Assembly (NCBI RefSeq): GCF_009914755.1
Contig: NC_060926.1
Strand: one strand, 5' to 3'
Source: the human T2T-CHM13v2.0 reference genome, Homo sapiens
DNA length: 64,000 bases
Positions within the stretch are counted from its first letter, which is position 1; every line of letters starts with the position of its first letter. Positions 39,110 to 54,139 of this stretch are shown piece by piece. Below the pieces are notes generated by a model, which saw only the letters and a list, made by a program, of their open reading frames with translations, searched no databases and had not been told where the DNA came from. A program made the position numbers and the translations under genes.

Positions 39110-41545
39110 CCAATTCTTACCATTTTCTCATTCAGTAAGACTCAGTATACGGTATCAATCTCTGGAATCCAAGGGTTAGAACCATCTGCTCGTGAAAACC
39201 ATCTGGGAACAATGCAAAAGATGGGGTGCGTTTCAAAGGTGAAGTGAGGACCATGTTGTTTTAATGTGCTTTGCATCTGTGTGTATCAGAGCAACACTAG
39301 TGTTCACTAAGCAGTCTGCATGTGCTGGTCACCATGCTAAGCACTTTATTCGCATCATCTCAGTCACTCTACGACACAAATCTATGATGCAAGTGTGATT
39401 TCACCCTCATTATACAGCTAAATAAATAGAAGATGAGAATATTTTGTGAACTTTCAAAGTCACACAGATGCAGAACTAAAAGTTTCTACTGTATATGCTC
39501 TCAGATTGCTGCAGTTCAGACAGCAAACCCTTGGTTTGTGAGAAATTCTCAGTTCATTATAGAATACATGCAAGGTACAGCCTGCTGTTTCTTTCCTTAA
39601 ATAAAAAGTGTGTGTGCCATAATAGAAAGCTGCTCACAGAACGGATGAAGGCACATTTGTATGTCTCATCAATCTCTCCCCCATTAATTCACTCAGAGCT
39701 TTGAGTGAAGCAATGAGTGGCTTCTCTTGGGCCCTCAGTGACTAATTCAGAGTCAGTGCCTGGCAACCAAGGTGTCTATAAATGCTTTTAGAAGGAGGAA
39801 AACAAACAAACAAACAAAAAATCTGGCTGAATAACTGATTGATTTATCACCACAATAACTAGTCTCAGTGATTCTTCTCAGGTAAACTGGTTTATTCGAG
39901 CATTCCCCTTGATTTCGATTGACCCATGGAAAAATAATTGAGATGCTTCTCTGGGTTGGGAGATGCAAAGGTGACAAAATACTGTAGTACTGAACCCCTC
40001 TCAGCTCAAGGAGTATCATAAGTGAAAAGGATAAAGCTCCTTCCAGGCCACCTGTCATCGTCTTGAATTAAGGCACCATCTTGCACATGGGACACCTCCC
40101 ACCAGCTCTCCCCAAACTGGAACTTTTTCTTTTTTTTCAGCAATTTAGTCTGTAAGTTTGAGGTGATGCTAATCAACCTCCTGTGAGAACTTTGCAGCTC
40201 TCTCTCCTCTATTTGGGTTCCCAAATGGAGAGGACTAGGAGAGCCTGACCGCATTCCCTCTTCCCTTATTTAGTTCCAAAGCCTACTCTATAAGTACTAA
40301 GACAATGCATTCCAATTTTTTATGAAGCTTGAAAATGATTGCAACCTGAGGATGCCTGAATACTGGTTGAGGTGCCCTTTCACTACAAAAGGCAAAACAC
40401 AAAACAACTCTTACACAGATTAGAGGAAGAAATAGAAGCCCAAAGACACCATGAACCAGGAGGGGTCCAAGAGAAGACACACGTTGCTTCATAAACCTGT
40501 GAACACTGAGACATTAAAAACCTCCTGTCTTCTAAGCAGGCCATAATCTACTAGCCCTACCGGGTAATTAACAATACTTGGGCTTGGGATGCTAACAGTC
40601 ACCATCTTCGGAGAGGGGCTGGCTGGTTGGAGCACATTTTTGCCCATCTGCTGTCTAGCACTAGCTCTGAGTGAATTAATGGGGGAGATTGATGAGACAT
40701 ACAAATGACTGCCAGTATTTTTAATATGACAAGAAGGCATATGGGTAAGGACACAGAGGATATTCCTGTACTCATTTAGATAGGAAATAAAGCCAATATA
40801 CAATCCACTCAAAAACTCTGAGTCTGCATACTATTAAGTAAGATCTCAAGTCACAGAAAAACTACTATAGTCATAAGTTTCAGTCATTTGGCATGTTTGG
40901 GAAAACGAGAATTCCACAGAAGTGATTTTTAGAAACTGCTGCGTGCCCTTTTCTTAGAAGTGGCTCTGCACCCACCCAGCTACAGGGACACCAGGCTCTC
41001 CTAATACTCAAACGCAGTTCTGGTGCACCCCATCCCATATTTTATTGGACCAATTCCTCAAGTCCCCCATCTTAATATCCCAGATTACATGTCAGTTCCT
41101 CATATTAAACATTTCTAAGATTGAAATCTAGACTGCTTTTGTTTATGTATTGGCCATTTAAAAATGTCCCCCACGTCAACTGAATTGCTTGTCTAGTAGT
41201 CTAATGCTTGATCCTTCTAGCCAAATGTAAACCCGGAGAGCACAGAGTCTACGACAGATCTTTTACTCTTGCTATGATCTGAATGTTGGTGTCCCCCCAA
41301 AATTCCTATGCTGGAACCTTATCCCCAGTGTGATGGTCTTAACATGTGGAGCCTTTAGGAGGACATAAGGGCTCTGTCCCCATGAGTGGAGGAGTGTCTT
41401 TTTGGAAGAGACTTGGGGAGCCTATCTATCCCTTCCCTGCCTGAGGAAACGCAGGCACCACCCATGAGGAACAGACCATCTCAAGACATCGATCCTGCTC
41501 ATGCCTTGTCTTGGACTTGCAGCTTAATAACTGTGAGCAATACCT

Positions 41546-41788
41546 TTCTCTCTTCCCTTCCCTTCCCTTTCCCTTCTCTTCCCCTTCCCTTCCCCTTCCC
41601 CTTCCCTTTCCCTTCCCTTCCTTTTCCCTTCCCTTCCCTTTCCCTTCCCTTCCCCTTCTCCTTCCCCTTCCCTTCCTCTTCCCCTTCCCTTCCTCTTCCC
41701 CTTCCCTTCCCCTTCCCCTTCCCCTTCCCTTTCCCTTCCCCTTCCCCTTCCCCTTCCCTTTCACTTTCCCTTCCCTTCCATCCTTCCA
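41546..41788. repeat. (CCCTTC/CCCTT)n polypyrimidine tract at the AluJ tail position
   Basis: Directly visible. Explains the PF/GK repeat ORFs. Confidence 0.95.
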
Positions 41789-42096
<308 letters not shown>

Positions 42097-45023
42097 TGAT
42101 GGTGGCCCCAAAGGACTCAGACAATCCCACATTTGCAATGGGTGGCAAATTTCTCTGATGAATATTTGCTGAGTGTTACCTAAGTATGCCCTTGACCATT
42201 TTTCTTTGAGACTTAACTGATTCCCATGTGCCCCATCTTGCCCTCTGATTCCAATACATTTTCCAGATTAAAGCCAATGTTGTCCGGCTAAAACAAAACA
42301 TATAATAACATTAAATTTTTGACAGTTTTCTAAGCTTGTAAAATTTTTGATGTTGGTTTTGATGTTATTATTTTTGTCTTTTCCTTTTCACAACTTTACT
42401 GATTCTACTAATGCCTCTGGTAATCAATTGAAATGTAACAAAACACCCTAAACTGAGTGGCCTACACCGAGAGCAGTTTGGGCAGGGCATAATCTAATAC
42501 ACTTAGGATTCACTTCCCCGTGTAGCTCCTAATTCTGTCAGTGTAAATTGGCCAAGTCTCACAACTCCTTTGTATATACTTCATTCTCTCCTGGGTCACA
42601 CTTTTTTCCTGTTTCTCTGGGAAACACTTGGACTTGAATCTGGTTATAGGTTTAAAAATACAGTTCCCAGGTTGTGCATCAATGTGCCCCAGGGCACCAC
42701 AATACAATTACAAGGGTGCCACAGGATATTTTAAGGAAAATACCAAGATAGTCAATATTTGTCAGACTCCATGGGAACGACTCGCTTGGTGTACATCCCA
42801 GTTTCAGTATGAGATCATGCTGCAGCCTCCAGTGGTGTCCTATGTTTCTAGATTGAGATTTTAGGTGTGCATGGGCCATTAGCAAATATTTGTGGTTGCT
42901 TAAGAATGGAGTACAATTATTTTTTCTTTTGGTTTATCTGTAGTATTCTTTCAAGTAATAACAAAATAAAAAATAAATAAATGAATAAATCAATAAATAT
43001 TGAGGGGTAAACTTCATGAACAGAATTGTTGGCTATTTTATTTGGCCCGGGGCACTGCGGAAAATTACAGATGCTAAGGTAACCATCAGTTGAGGAAATC
43101 TGGAAATTTCTGGACTAGAAGCAATGAGATTTGGTGACAGGAGGCCTGAAGAATGATCCTAAGTCTCTCCTCAGGTGATTACTTCAGAGAATGCTATTCT
43201 TGGCATTGCTTTCTCAGGCAAGGGCTGGCTGATGTCCTCAGACAGGAGAAAAGGCTGTTTCTGTGGGCAGAAGAGGCTCAGCAGAATGCTTGAGGTCCTC
43301 ATTTCATAGGGACCTTCCCACCTGCTCCCATCCTTAGCTGCATTGATCATTCATTTTTCATGGAAATCTAGCAACCCGCTAGATTAGACTTCAGGTTCGG
43401 CTTTTAGAAATCTCAGTCCTGTAGCTAGAGGAGATCAGATTGCTTTTAGGGCAATCATAGCTTGCTGGTACATTTTGGACCTAGAATTGAGATTTTTAAA
43501 TCCATACAATTTGACCTGTTATTTTTTTTTTCCTCCAAGATCTCTAGGATGTTTGCAAACAGCCAATTAATTCCATTCTACTTATTTTCAGTAAAATTCA
43601 CTATGATGGAGTTGGTTTCCAAAGGCATATGTTGACAGGTGCTCACAGGTGAAAATTTAAGCAAGAGCTTTGTCACTGCTTGGGAAGGGCCCTCAGTGCC
43701 CCCCTGCGCCCCTACAACATGGTCACTGATGCCCTTTAACCTCATCAGAGTATGCAAAGAATCCATTTCAGTTTCTTATCCTTAAAGTTATATTGCCCTA
43801 GAGCTACTCTTAGTATCACTGACTATATTAATGGAAGCAGAATAGAATTATAAAATATTCTGTTAATAAATTAGGTCATAAAAATTGTGGTAAAAACTGA
43901 AAAGTAAAGTTCTAATAAGGAAAATGTGAAAAACAAAACAAAACAAAAGTCACTCACCAGCTTAGGAGAAGGTGAATGATTTGGAGCTTGGGGGAGGCTG
44001 GCAGCTGGACGTGCCCAGATGCTGGAGCAGAGCCTGAAGGGGCAGACGTGGACATCTATGGGAATTTGGTGGGTGTCAGCCACTATGGCCTGCCTCTGGG
44101 TTTACGGCAAAGCTTCTGGTGATCAGCCGGGATTGCTACAGAGTCAATAGTCAAAAAGAACAGGGCATGAAGAGCAGAAAAGAAAAGTGAAAAGCCTTCT
44201 GTCTCACTGCCTGTCACTGCCTGTCATGAATGACCTTCAGAGCATGATGCAGGTACTTCACTTCCATCTCCCAACCTAGCACAACTTAGTAGCACAAAAG
44301 GACAACCATAACCCAGAAATACAGAAAGAAGAGGATTCCAGGGACTTCAGTTTCCAGCTAGCCAATTTGCCAGTAGAGCCATCACTTTGCACACACACCC
44401 ATTTGTCATCTGTTATCTGCTAACTCCTCTGTGGGCGTCTTTCACCACTGCTCTCTCTCCCCCTGTTTAACTACTCAAAACTTTGAAAAAAGAACCCGAT
44501 TTCTCAGTTTCCTCTGGACTTCTTTATCCACCACCCCCCAGTTGCCATGTATTGGTTTTGGAACTCATTGACCTCAATATCAGTAACTCTTCCCCATAAA
44601 AACCTTCCCAAGCTCTCAAATGAAGGTTAAGCACGCTCCTCCACCATCTGTAGCACTGTGTTATTTCTGTCACGGTATTTTCCTCACTATCTTATGGCTT
44701 TCTACTTCTTTGTTGACCCAGCTAAATATAAACTTCTTTAGACTAAGGATTCTAGTTAATATAGTGTAAATACCTAGTGTAAATCTTGGCCTATAATAAA
44801 TCCTAAACTAATTTTTCTTGTTAGAATAGAAAGCAAAAGAGGAAGAAGGAACAAAGGACTGGAGGAAAAGAAGAGAGGAAGGAAAGAAGAAAAGGAGAAA
44901 ATCAACTAGAAAGGGCTGACTTTTAGAGTCTACTATTTTCCATACATCTCTCCTGGTGCTTATCCTTTATCAGTCAATGAACCCTCAGGGCCCATCCAAG
45001 GAAAAAATATCTGAAGTTTGGTT

Positions 45024-45865
45024 TCTTTTAATAATTGTTATTTTGATAGATTTAGAGGGTACAAGTGCAGATGTGTGACATGTATATATTTTGTAGAGGT
45101 GAGGTCTGGGCTGTTAGTGTACACACCTCACAAATAGTAAACATTGTACCTATTAGGTAATTTTTTAAACTTCACCCCCTCCCCACCCTCCCACCTTTTG
45201 TAGTCTGCAAGGTCTGCTCTCTCCCTCCCTATGTCCATGTGTACCTGTTGTTCAGCTCCCACTTACGAGTGGGAATATGCAGTATTTGACTTTCTGAGTT
45301 ATTTCACTTAGCATAATGGCCTCCAGATCCATCCAGGGTGCTGAAAAATACATGATTACATTCTTTTTAATGGCTGAGTAGCATTCTATATATATTACAT
45401 ATATATGTGTATGTAAACATATATATACACTATACTTGACATATATATATAAACAACTATATATACTATGCTTGACTTATATGATATATACATATATACT
45501 ATATATACTACATATAGTATGTATGTAGTATATACATATACTGTATATACTAACTCCTCAGTGGGCCTCATATATATGTATGTATATGTATATATACTGT
45601 ATAGATGTATATATGTATATACACAGCATAAGTATATATGTATATATAGTATATTACACAGTATATGTATATGCTACATACATACATATATAGTATAATG
45701 TATATATGTATACTATATATGTATAATACAGTATATATGTGCTGTGTATATTAAATATATGTAGTATATCATAAATGTTATATATATAGTAGTACTTATA
45801 GGTAGTGTGTATGTGTGTGTGTGTATGTGTGTGTGTAGTATACCATAATACTTTTATAGTGTGTG

Positions 45866-45897
<32 letters not shown>

Positions 45898-47985
45898 TAT
45901 ACACACTCTATATAGTATAGTATTATGGTATATATGCAACACTACGCACATCAATGAAATATATATATTTATATACATACACACACACACACACACATAC
46001 ACACATACACACCATATTTTCTTTATCCAATTCTCCATTGATGGACAGTTAGGTTAATTCCATATCTTGTTATTGTGAATAGTGCTATGATAAACATATG
46101 AGTGGAGGTATCTTTTTGATATAATGACTTATTTCCCATTGGGTATATACCTAGTAGTGGGATTGCTGAATAGAATGGTAGTTCTCTTTTCAGCTCTTTG
46201 AGAAATTTTCATAGAGTTTTTTCATAAAAATTATACTAATTTACATTTCCACCAACAGTGTATAAGCATTCCTTTTTCTCTGCATCCTCACCAATGTCTG
46301 CTGTTTTTTGACATTTTAATAACAGCCATTCTGACTGATGTAAGATGGTATCTCATTGTGATTTTAATTTGCATTTCTTTGATGATTAGTGATGTTGAAC
46401 ACTTTTTCATGTTTGTTGACCACTTGTTTGTCTTCTTTTACAAATATCTGTTTATGTCTTTTGGCACTTTTTAATGGGATTTTTTGTTTGTTGTTGTTGT
46501 TGTTGTTGAGTTGCTTGAGTTTCCTGTAGACTCTACATATTATCCCTCTTTCAGATGCATAGTTTTCAAATACTTTTTCCCATCTATAGGCTGTCCGTTT
46601 ACTAGGTTGATTGCTTATTTTGCTCTGCAGAAGCTTTTTAATTTAATTATGTCCTATTCATCTATTTTTGTTTTTGTTGTTTTTGTTTATGAGGACTTGT
46701 TCGTAAATTACTTGCCCAGGCCAAAGTCCAGAAGAGTTTTTCCTAGCTTTTTTTCTAGGATTATTGTAGTTTCAGGTCTTACACTTAAATCTTTAATTCA
46801 TCTTGAGTTAATTTTTATATTTGGTGAGAAACAGGAGTCCAATTTCATTCTTCTGCAAATGACTATCTCATTTTCCCAGTACCATTTATTGAGTAGGGTG
46901 TCTTTCTCCAGTATATATTTTTGTTGACTTTGTCTAAGATCAGTTGGTTATGGGCCTGTGGCTTTTTGTCTGGGCTCTTTATTCTATCTCATTAATCTAT
47001 GTGTCTATTTTTATACCAGTATCATGATATTTCATGGTAAATCCCGCATCAAACTCGGATAGCAAATGATATTTCATTTGCTATAGCCTCGTAATATAAC
47101 TTGAAATCAGGTAATGTGATGGCTCCAACTTTTTTCTTTTTGATTAGAATTTCTTTGACTATTCAGGTTTTTTTTTGGTTCCATATGAGTTTCAGAATTG
47201 TTTTTACTAATTATATGGACAATGATTTGGTAATTTGATAGGAATTATGTTGAATCTGTAGATTGGTTTGGGCAGTATGGTCAGTTTAATGGTATCGATT
47301 CTTCCAATTCGTGAGCCTGGGATGTTTTTCCATTGGTTTGTGATTTATTTCATCAGTGTTTAGTAGTTCTTCTTGTAGAAATCTTTCACTTCCTTAGTTA
47401 AATGTATACCTAGGTAATTTAGGTTTTTTTTTTTTTTTTTTGTAGCTACTGTAAATGTGATTGAATTCCTGATTTGGTTCTCAGTTTGATCATTATTGGT
47501 GTATAGAAATGCTATTGATTTTTGTACATTAATTTTTTATCCCAAAAGTTTACTGAAGTTATTTATCAAATCTAGAAGTCTTTGAGAGGAGTCTTTAAGG
47601 TTTTCTAAGTATCAGATCATATCATCAATGAACAGGGATAGTTCGACTTCCTGTTTTCCAATTTTTATGCCTTTTATTTATCTTGCCTGATTGTTCTGGC
47701 TTGGACTTCCAGTACTATGTTAAATAGGAGTGGTGATAGTGGGCATCCTTGTCTTGTTTCTGTTTTTAGAGAGGATCCTTTCAGCTTTAACCCATTCAGT
47801 ATGATGTTGTTTGTGAGGTTTTTCTTATATAGCTTTTAATATTTTAGGTATGTTTCTTTGATACTGAGTTTGATAGGGAATTTACCATGAAAAGATGCTG
47901 AACTTTATCAAATGAGTTTTCTGCATGTATGGAGATTATCATATGATTTTTGTTAGTAATTCTGTTATGTGGTGAATCACTTGTT
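45024..47985 (-). mobile_element. 5'-truncated L1PB-like element (~2.3 kb of L1 plus an internal TA/CA expansion)
   Basis: L1PB-type 3' UTR at 45030-45380 and continuous antisense ORF2 homology at 46010-47985. Confidence 0.9.
45387..46010. repeat. Complex (TA)n/(TG)n/(CA)n expansion inside the L1
   Basis: ~620 bp of alternating purine-pyrimidine low-complexity sequence at the L1 GTATATATAC site. Confidence 0.92.
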
Positions 47986-49661
47986 TGAGACATTACCTGG
48001 ATGTGATTTCCTTTTAATTCCTAAAGACTGCAAGTCAGCTTGTAGACAAATGGCAGAACTGCAAAAACAAAAGAAAGCGGCTTTATCTCTTCTTAATTTT
48101 GTGACATCAAGCAAGTCAATATATCTGAGCCTCCATTTATGACATTCAATGATAACAATGGCTCCCATTTACTGAATGTTCCTGAATGCTTCATGTGCAT
48201 TATTTGACTTAGTCTTTTCAACAGCCGTGTTAGGTAACTATTACTATCGCCATTTGCATAGTTTCAAAAATGTTACATTACTGTCTAAGGTCACACATCA
48301 AGCTAGAGGAAAATCCAAAATTTTATTCTAAAGATTAGGCCCTATGCTACATAATTTATTATTGAAAGGGAATGCTACATATCTGCCCTGCTTATGACAC
48401 AGGACCAAACCAACTAATGTAAGTGAGAGCTGTTTGTAAACCACTAAATATAAGCTATAAAATGTGAAGTTTTTATTGGAATAGAATTTTGCCTTCTGAG
48501 GCAGTTGCTATACAAAATAAATTTTTGACAGTTCTCCAAGCTTGTAAAATTTTTGATGTTGGTTTTGATTTTATTATTTTTGTCTTTTCCTTTTCATTGT
48601 CAAGCAGTCAGCTATATTTGCTTTTTGTTCTCAGTCTTTCTATTTCTAGGTGCCCTTGTCACAACTTGTGGAACTTAATCTTTTGTGGGTGGAAAACTAG
48701 ATAGTCAAATGAGGTGCCGAGTAGATTTAAATGTGGAAAATACAAATTATGAAATATAAGTTACATGGGATTTGGAATATGAGTTTTGAATATAAAATAT
48801 AGTTTTACCCCATTTTAACAAAATCGGTGTCCAGTTTCTCAAGAGTTGAGGTCAAAAGGACCACTTGCTTTTGAATAAATAAGATTTAATTATATGGTAA
48901 AACCAATGACCTATTAGTGACAAAATATTCCATGCAAATGTTTAGCATTAAAAATACTTTTACCAACAGACAACATAAAAATGACTGTGACTAATGTAAA
49001 CTAGTATCAATATCTTTATTTTATCCTAAAAAACAAAAACAGTATGAAAATTGCAGAAGGGGTGCATTTTTTTTTCCATTAGCAATTTATGAAAAACTAG
49101 AAATATGGATTATGAAGATATTTTTGAAAAAAGATAACTTCATTAAAACACTGCATAAACCAAAATGAAAATGAGAACCCACAATTTCATTTCTGTGACT
49201 CCAGTTTTATGCCTGCCTTTAATTTGGGGAATCCAATTGCACGTAGGGAGAATTATACTATAATTTACTAAATGTGGCCATAATTTTCCTTCATTTCTGA
49301 GAGTACAATTGGCTTGCTTAGTCCACAATTACTTTAGTGTCCAATTGCCTACACAATTAATTGCAAATGTAAAATGTTACTGGGTAGAGGCTCTGGGAAA
49401 TGTGTTCCTGATGCCTGCCAATGCCAATAGTTGCCCGATGAGGACCAAAAAATTCACTTTGAAGGACAGAGCTGGCTCTGCATATTGACAGAAATGAATA
49501 TTATTAAAATTGCTTTTGAACCTAGATTGCAAGCAAGACATTGGCAAAAACCAAAGTGTAATTAAGAGATTTAAATGTAGATTTCAAAGGAGCCTTGTTA
49601 GGGCTTTTTAGCCAGTGGAGGAAGGATTAGCAGAGAAATCAAGCAAAACAGATGTAAAAGA

Positions 49662-50848
<1,187 letters not shown>

Positions 50849-52566
50849 CTAGTTTTCAGCACCTTCCATTGTACACCACAGGGTGTCAGAGAGACGTTCA
50901 CAGCAAAGGTGAGAGGTGTTACATGCAACGGACCAGGGTAGACTTCACCATTTGAAAAAGTCCTGAGAATTGATAGCTTCTCACCCACGTATGGTTGTTC
51001 ATTTGCAATACCTCCAGAGTTTCTACTGCGTATAGAAAGAAAAGAAAGGAAAGGCAGATTGCAAATACCTTTTATGTTCCTAGAGAGAGGGCTGCAATTT
51101 GAACTGCATTTTGGAACCAGTTTAAATAATACATTTCTATTCGTGGATGTGAAAATAGGTTCAGAATTCATAGAGGTTGCTGACCTATGATTTGGTGATA
51201 TCATAATAATGTACAAATTACGTTTGATTAGATAAAGCAGCTTTAGCCTGTCTTCTACCTCAAGGCCTATGGAAGGAAAAAAAAAAGTAAAACTGTACAA
51301 TCTGCCATCTCATTCTCTCTGTGAACATTTTTCTCTTCCCAGTGCAATAGAAACACACATATGGTGCCCAGAATTAACATCATGAAAGGGATCCCATTGC
51401 TCTGCAGAGAAGACAGTAGTGAGTCATATTCCGAATCCATTTGCACAATTTAGGAATTCAATAGTTAAGGTCAACATACATATGTGAATTTTCATCTCTC
51501 ACTCCCTCTCTCTCTAACCATGATTTCACACTGCAATCTCAATCCAACACTACACATTCATTCTTGTTTCTCTTCTTTTCACATTTGCAATTCTCTTCTC
51601 CAGTGGTGAGAAAACCAGCTCCTATTTTTTTTACCTGATCAATTCCCCCTTATGCAACCAATGTCTTCTCACCCATGGGCACACCCCTATGTAGGAGCCC
51701 TCAGTACCCATCTGCCCCAGCACATGAATGTCGTGCTCACTCTCCTTGGGCTTCTACACTCTGCACCAGCTCTTTGTCTGGCTCTACAGTCTCCTCACTC
51801 CCTTCTGATTCTGAGACGCCCTTGCAGGAAATCTTAGCATGGATGCCCTTGCATGGGTGCATGAATACCCAGCTCCATCCCCACACCTCACAGTAGGCCA
51901 TCCCCCTGGAGCGGACCTTCTTCTCACTCTGGTTGGGAGTCAACGCCTTGCCTTGGGCCACTGCTCCCTCCACTGCCAGGCTAGTGTAGAATCCTACTTT
52001 GCCCCATCTGATGGATTTTGCACAGAATTGATCAGAAACAGAAGGGAAAGAAAGGAAAAGGAGAGAAGCTGGGAAAGAAGGAGATGGAGAGGCAAAGAAG
52101 AGGAAAAGGAAAGCTCACAGTAGACTTTTTGTGGATGAACTTCATCAGGGTGAAGAAGTTCTTTTCTATGCTTTCATTACCAAAATGTGTTTGTGTGTGT
52201 GTATTTAACACAACACACATACATTTTACGTTTTATTAAAGCTTTTTTTCTGTATCTATAGGTATATTTTCATATGGTATTTCTCTTTTTCATACATTTA
52301 ATGGGACGTAGAATTCTGACTTTGTTAAGTGTATTAAATAAGTTAAACTCTTGTCTACATTTATATTTGTCCTCTTTATTATTATTGATATGCTGTAGTT
52401 CTTTATATAGTCCGGACTAGTTCTTGGTTGGCTATACATGTTGCAATATTTTTCTCCCATTCTCTGACTTTTAATCTGTTAATTTATTTTCTGACATTTA
52501 TTGACTTTCAAAAGTTAAATCAGGTATTGATTACAGGGGGCTGGAAGCAGGGAGTTGTACTGGGTT

Positions 52567-54137
52567 GGGTTTGGATCATAATCTGGAAAGACACAATCCT
52601 GAATGCCATAGTCCCAAATGTTGAAATCCCTAAAGATCAGAATCCCTAACGTCTAAGTCCCTAAAGTTGAAAATCCCTAATGTCTAAAATCCTGAAAATC
52701 ACTGTCGCAGGATAGTTAGTTGCCTCGTGTTAGGCAGAACTATCACCTTGTTATTTTCTTTATGCAGCAGAAAATAGATTTCAGTCGAATCCTCAAACCA
52801 TGCCAGTTTTGGAATTAGGTGCAATCAGGCTTTGAAAAGTAAATTTCAAGACGTTACCAATAAAGGGTTTTGTTACTGTTGTTGTTGTTGTTTTTAACCT
52901 TCAGCCCAATGCATTTGGCAGAAAAATCAGATGAGTGGATTAGCTATAAGATACGAAAACAATGGAAACTTCAGTTTAAAAATATGCTATTTGCCTGCAT
53001 CAGCATTCTTTCCAACTGATGACATTTCAGGACCTTTTAATGAATTAAAGCCATATTTGCTGTAAGAAGCCAGCGAAGTTACTGACTGGTTCAAAAATAA
53101 TTACATGCATGGTGGAAGAAGAAGACGTACAAAAGTGCTGTTGGTCGATCACCAATAATTGTTCCTGCCAAATATGTGGCCTATATATGAGCGCATGCGG
53201 AATAAATTTCTGTGTACCCAAAACAGCATAGAAGTGTGGCAGAGAAGATGGGAAAAATTATTACAGAATGCTCTTGTTGGTGTATATCAGTTCATGAAAG
53301 AATTTCAAACTGAGCAGCGCCACATGGAAATGAATGTGAACATATCTGAAAAGAGGACGTCCTAACATCTATCCCTGTAATACACTTATTTTTTACAATT
53401 CACTATACTACGTATTTCATCTTTGCATCATTTCCACCACTGGAGGTATAAATTGTGTAAACACTTTTAGAGAGTTCTTATTTGTTTTATGCATTTTTTT
53501 ACAAATATGACTCCATCAAAGCGCATAATCACAAAGTTGGCTTTGTGTGTAAGCACTGTGCACGTGTGTAAAAACATTGAAACTTCCTCAATAAATGAAG
53601 AGATACCTCTTTTTGTGCATCTGCATTTGTGAAAGGTAAGGTTTCTCTAGACCTCAGCTCTTTGGGTGATTCCATATGCGGTGGGGACCCATCACGGTTT
53701 TTTATCAACTTTGTCAAGAGTTGTTAAGTTGTCTTTCATCGTATTTCAAATGACTGCACTATGAAGCTGGGTGCACCACATAACAAGACATAATAAAGTG
53801 CATTTCTACATTTCAGTTTTTGATCTGTTGCTTTATGGTTTGACTCATAACTGTTATACCTGTATAACTGTCATTAATGTATCTGAGTATTTATGCTTGC
53901 TAAAATATGTATATTATTATCTCCTATTTTATTGTAAAATAACCTAAGAAGTGCTCTGTCACGTTTTCTTATTTCTCAAATAACTCTCTTTCTAAAGATA
54001 AAAATGAGTATCTTTAAATATTTTTCATTTTTATTATTTTTTCCATAATTATATTTTCAGGATTTTAGTCTTCCTGGATTTTAGCACTCAAGATTTTGGC
54101 ACCTGAGATTGTGTCTTTTGGGGTTATGATTATCTCC
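52567..54137 (+). mobile_element. Ricksha (MULE/MuDR DNA transposon) with transposase remnants
   Basis: Terminus GGGTTTGGATCATAATC..AAAGACACAATCC with AATCCC subrepeats and an inverted match at the far end (GATTGTGTCTTTTGGGGTTATGAT). ORF 53159-53365 (FLPNMWPIYE..TQNSIEVWQRRW) resembles MULE transposase C-terminal motifs. Confidence 0.8.
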
Positions 54138-54139
54138 TA

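Noticed and set aside
43694-43714. CTCF-like motif (also one near 16215-16240)
   Set aside because: Three to four mismatches to the core consensus, so it cannot be supported without ChIP data.
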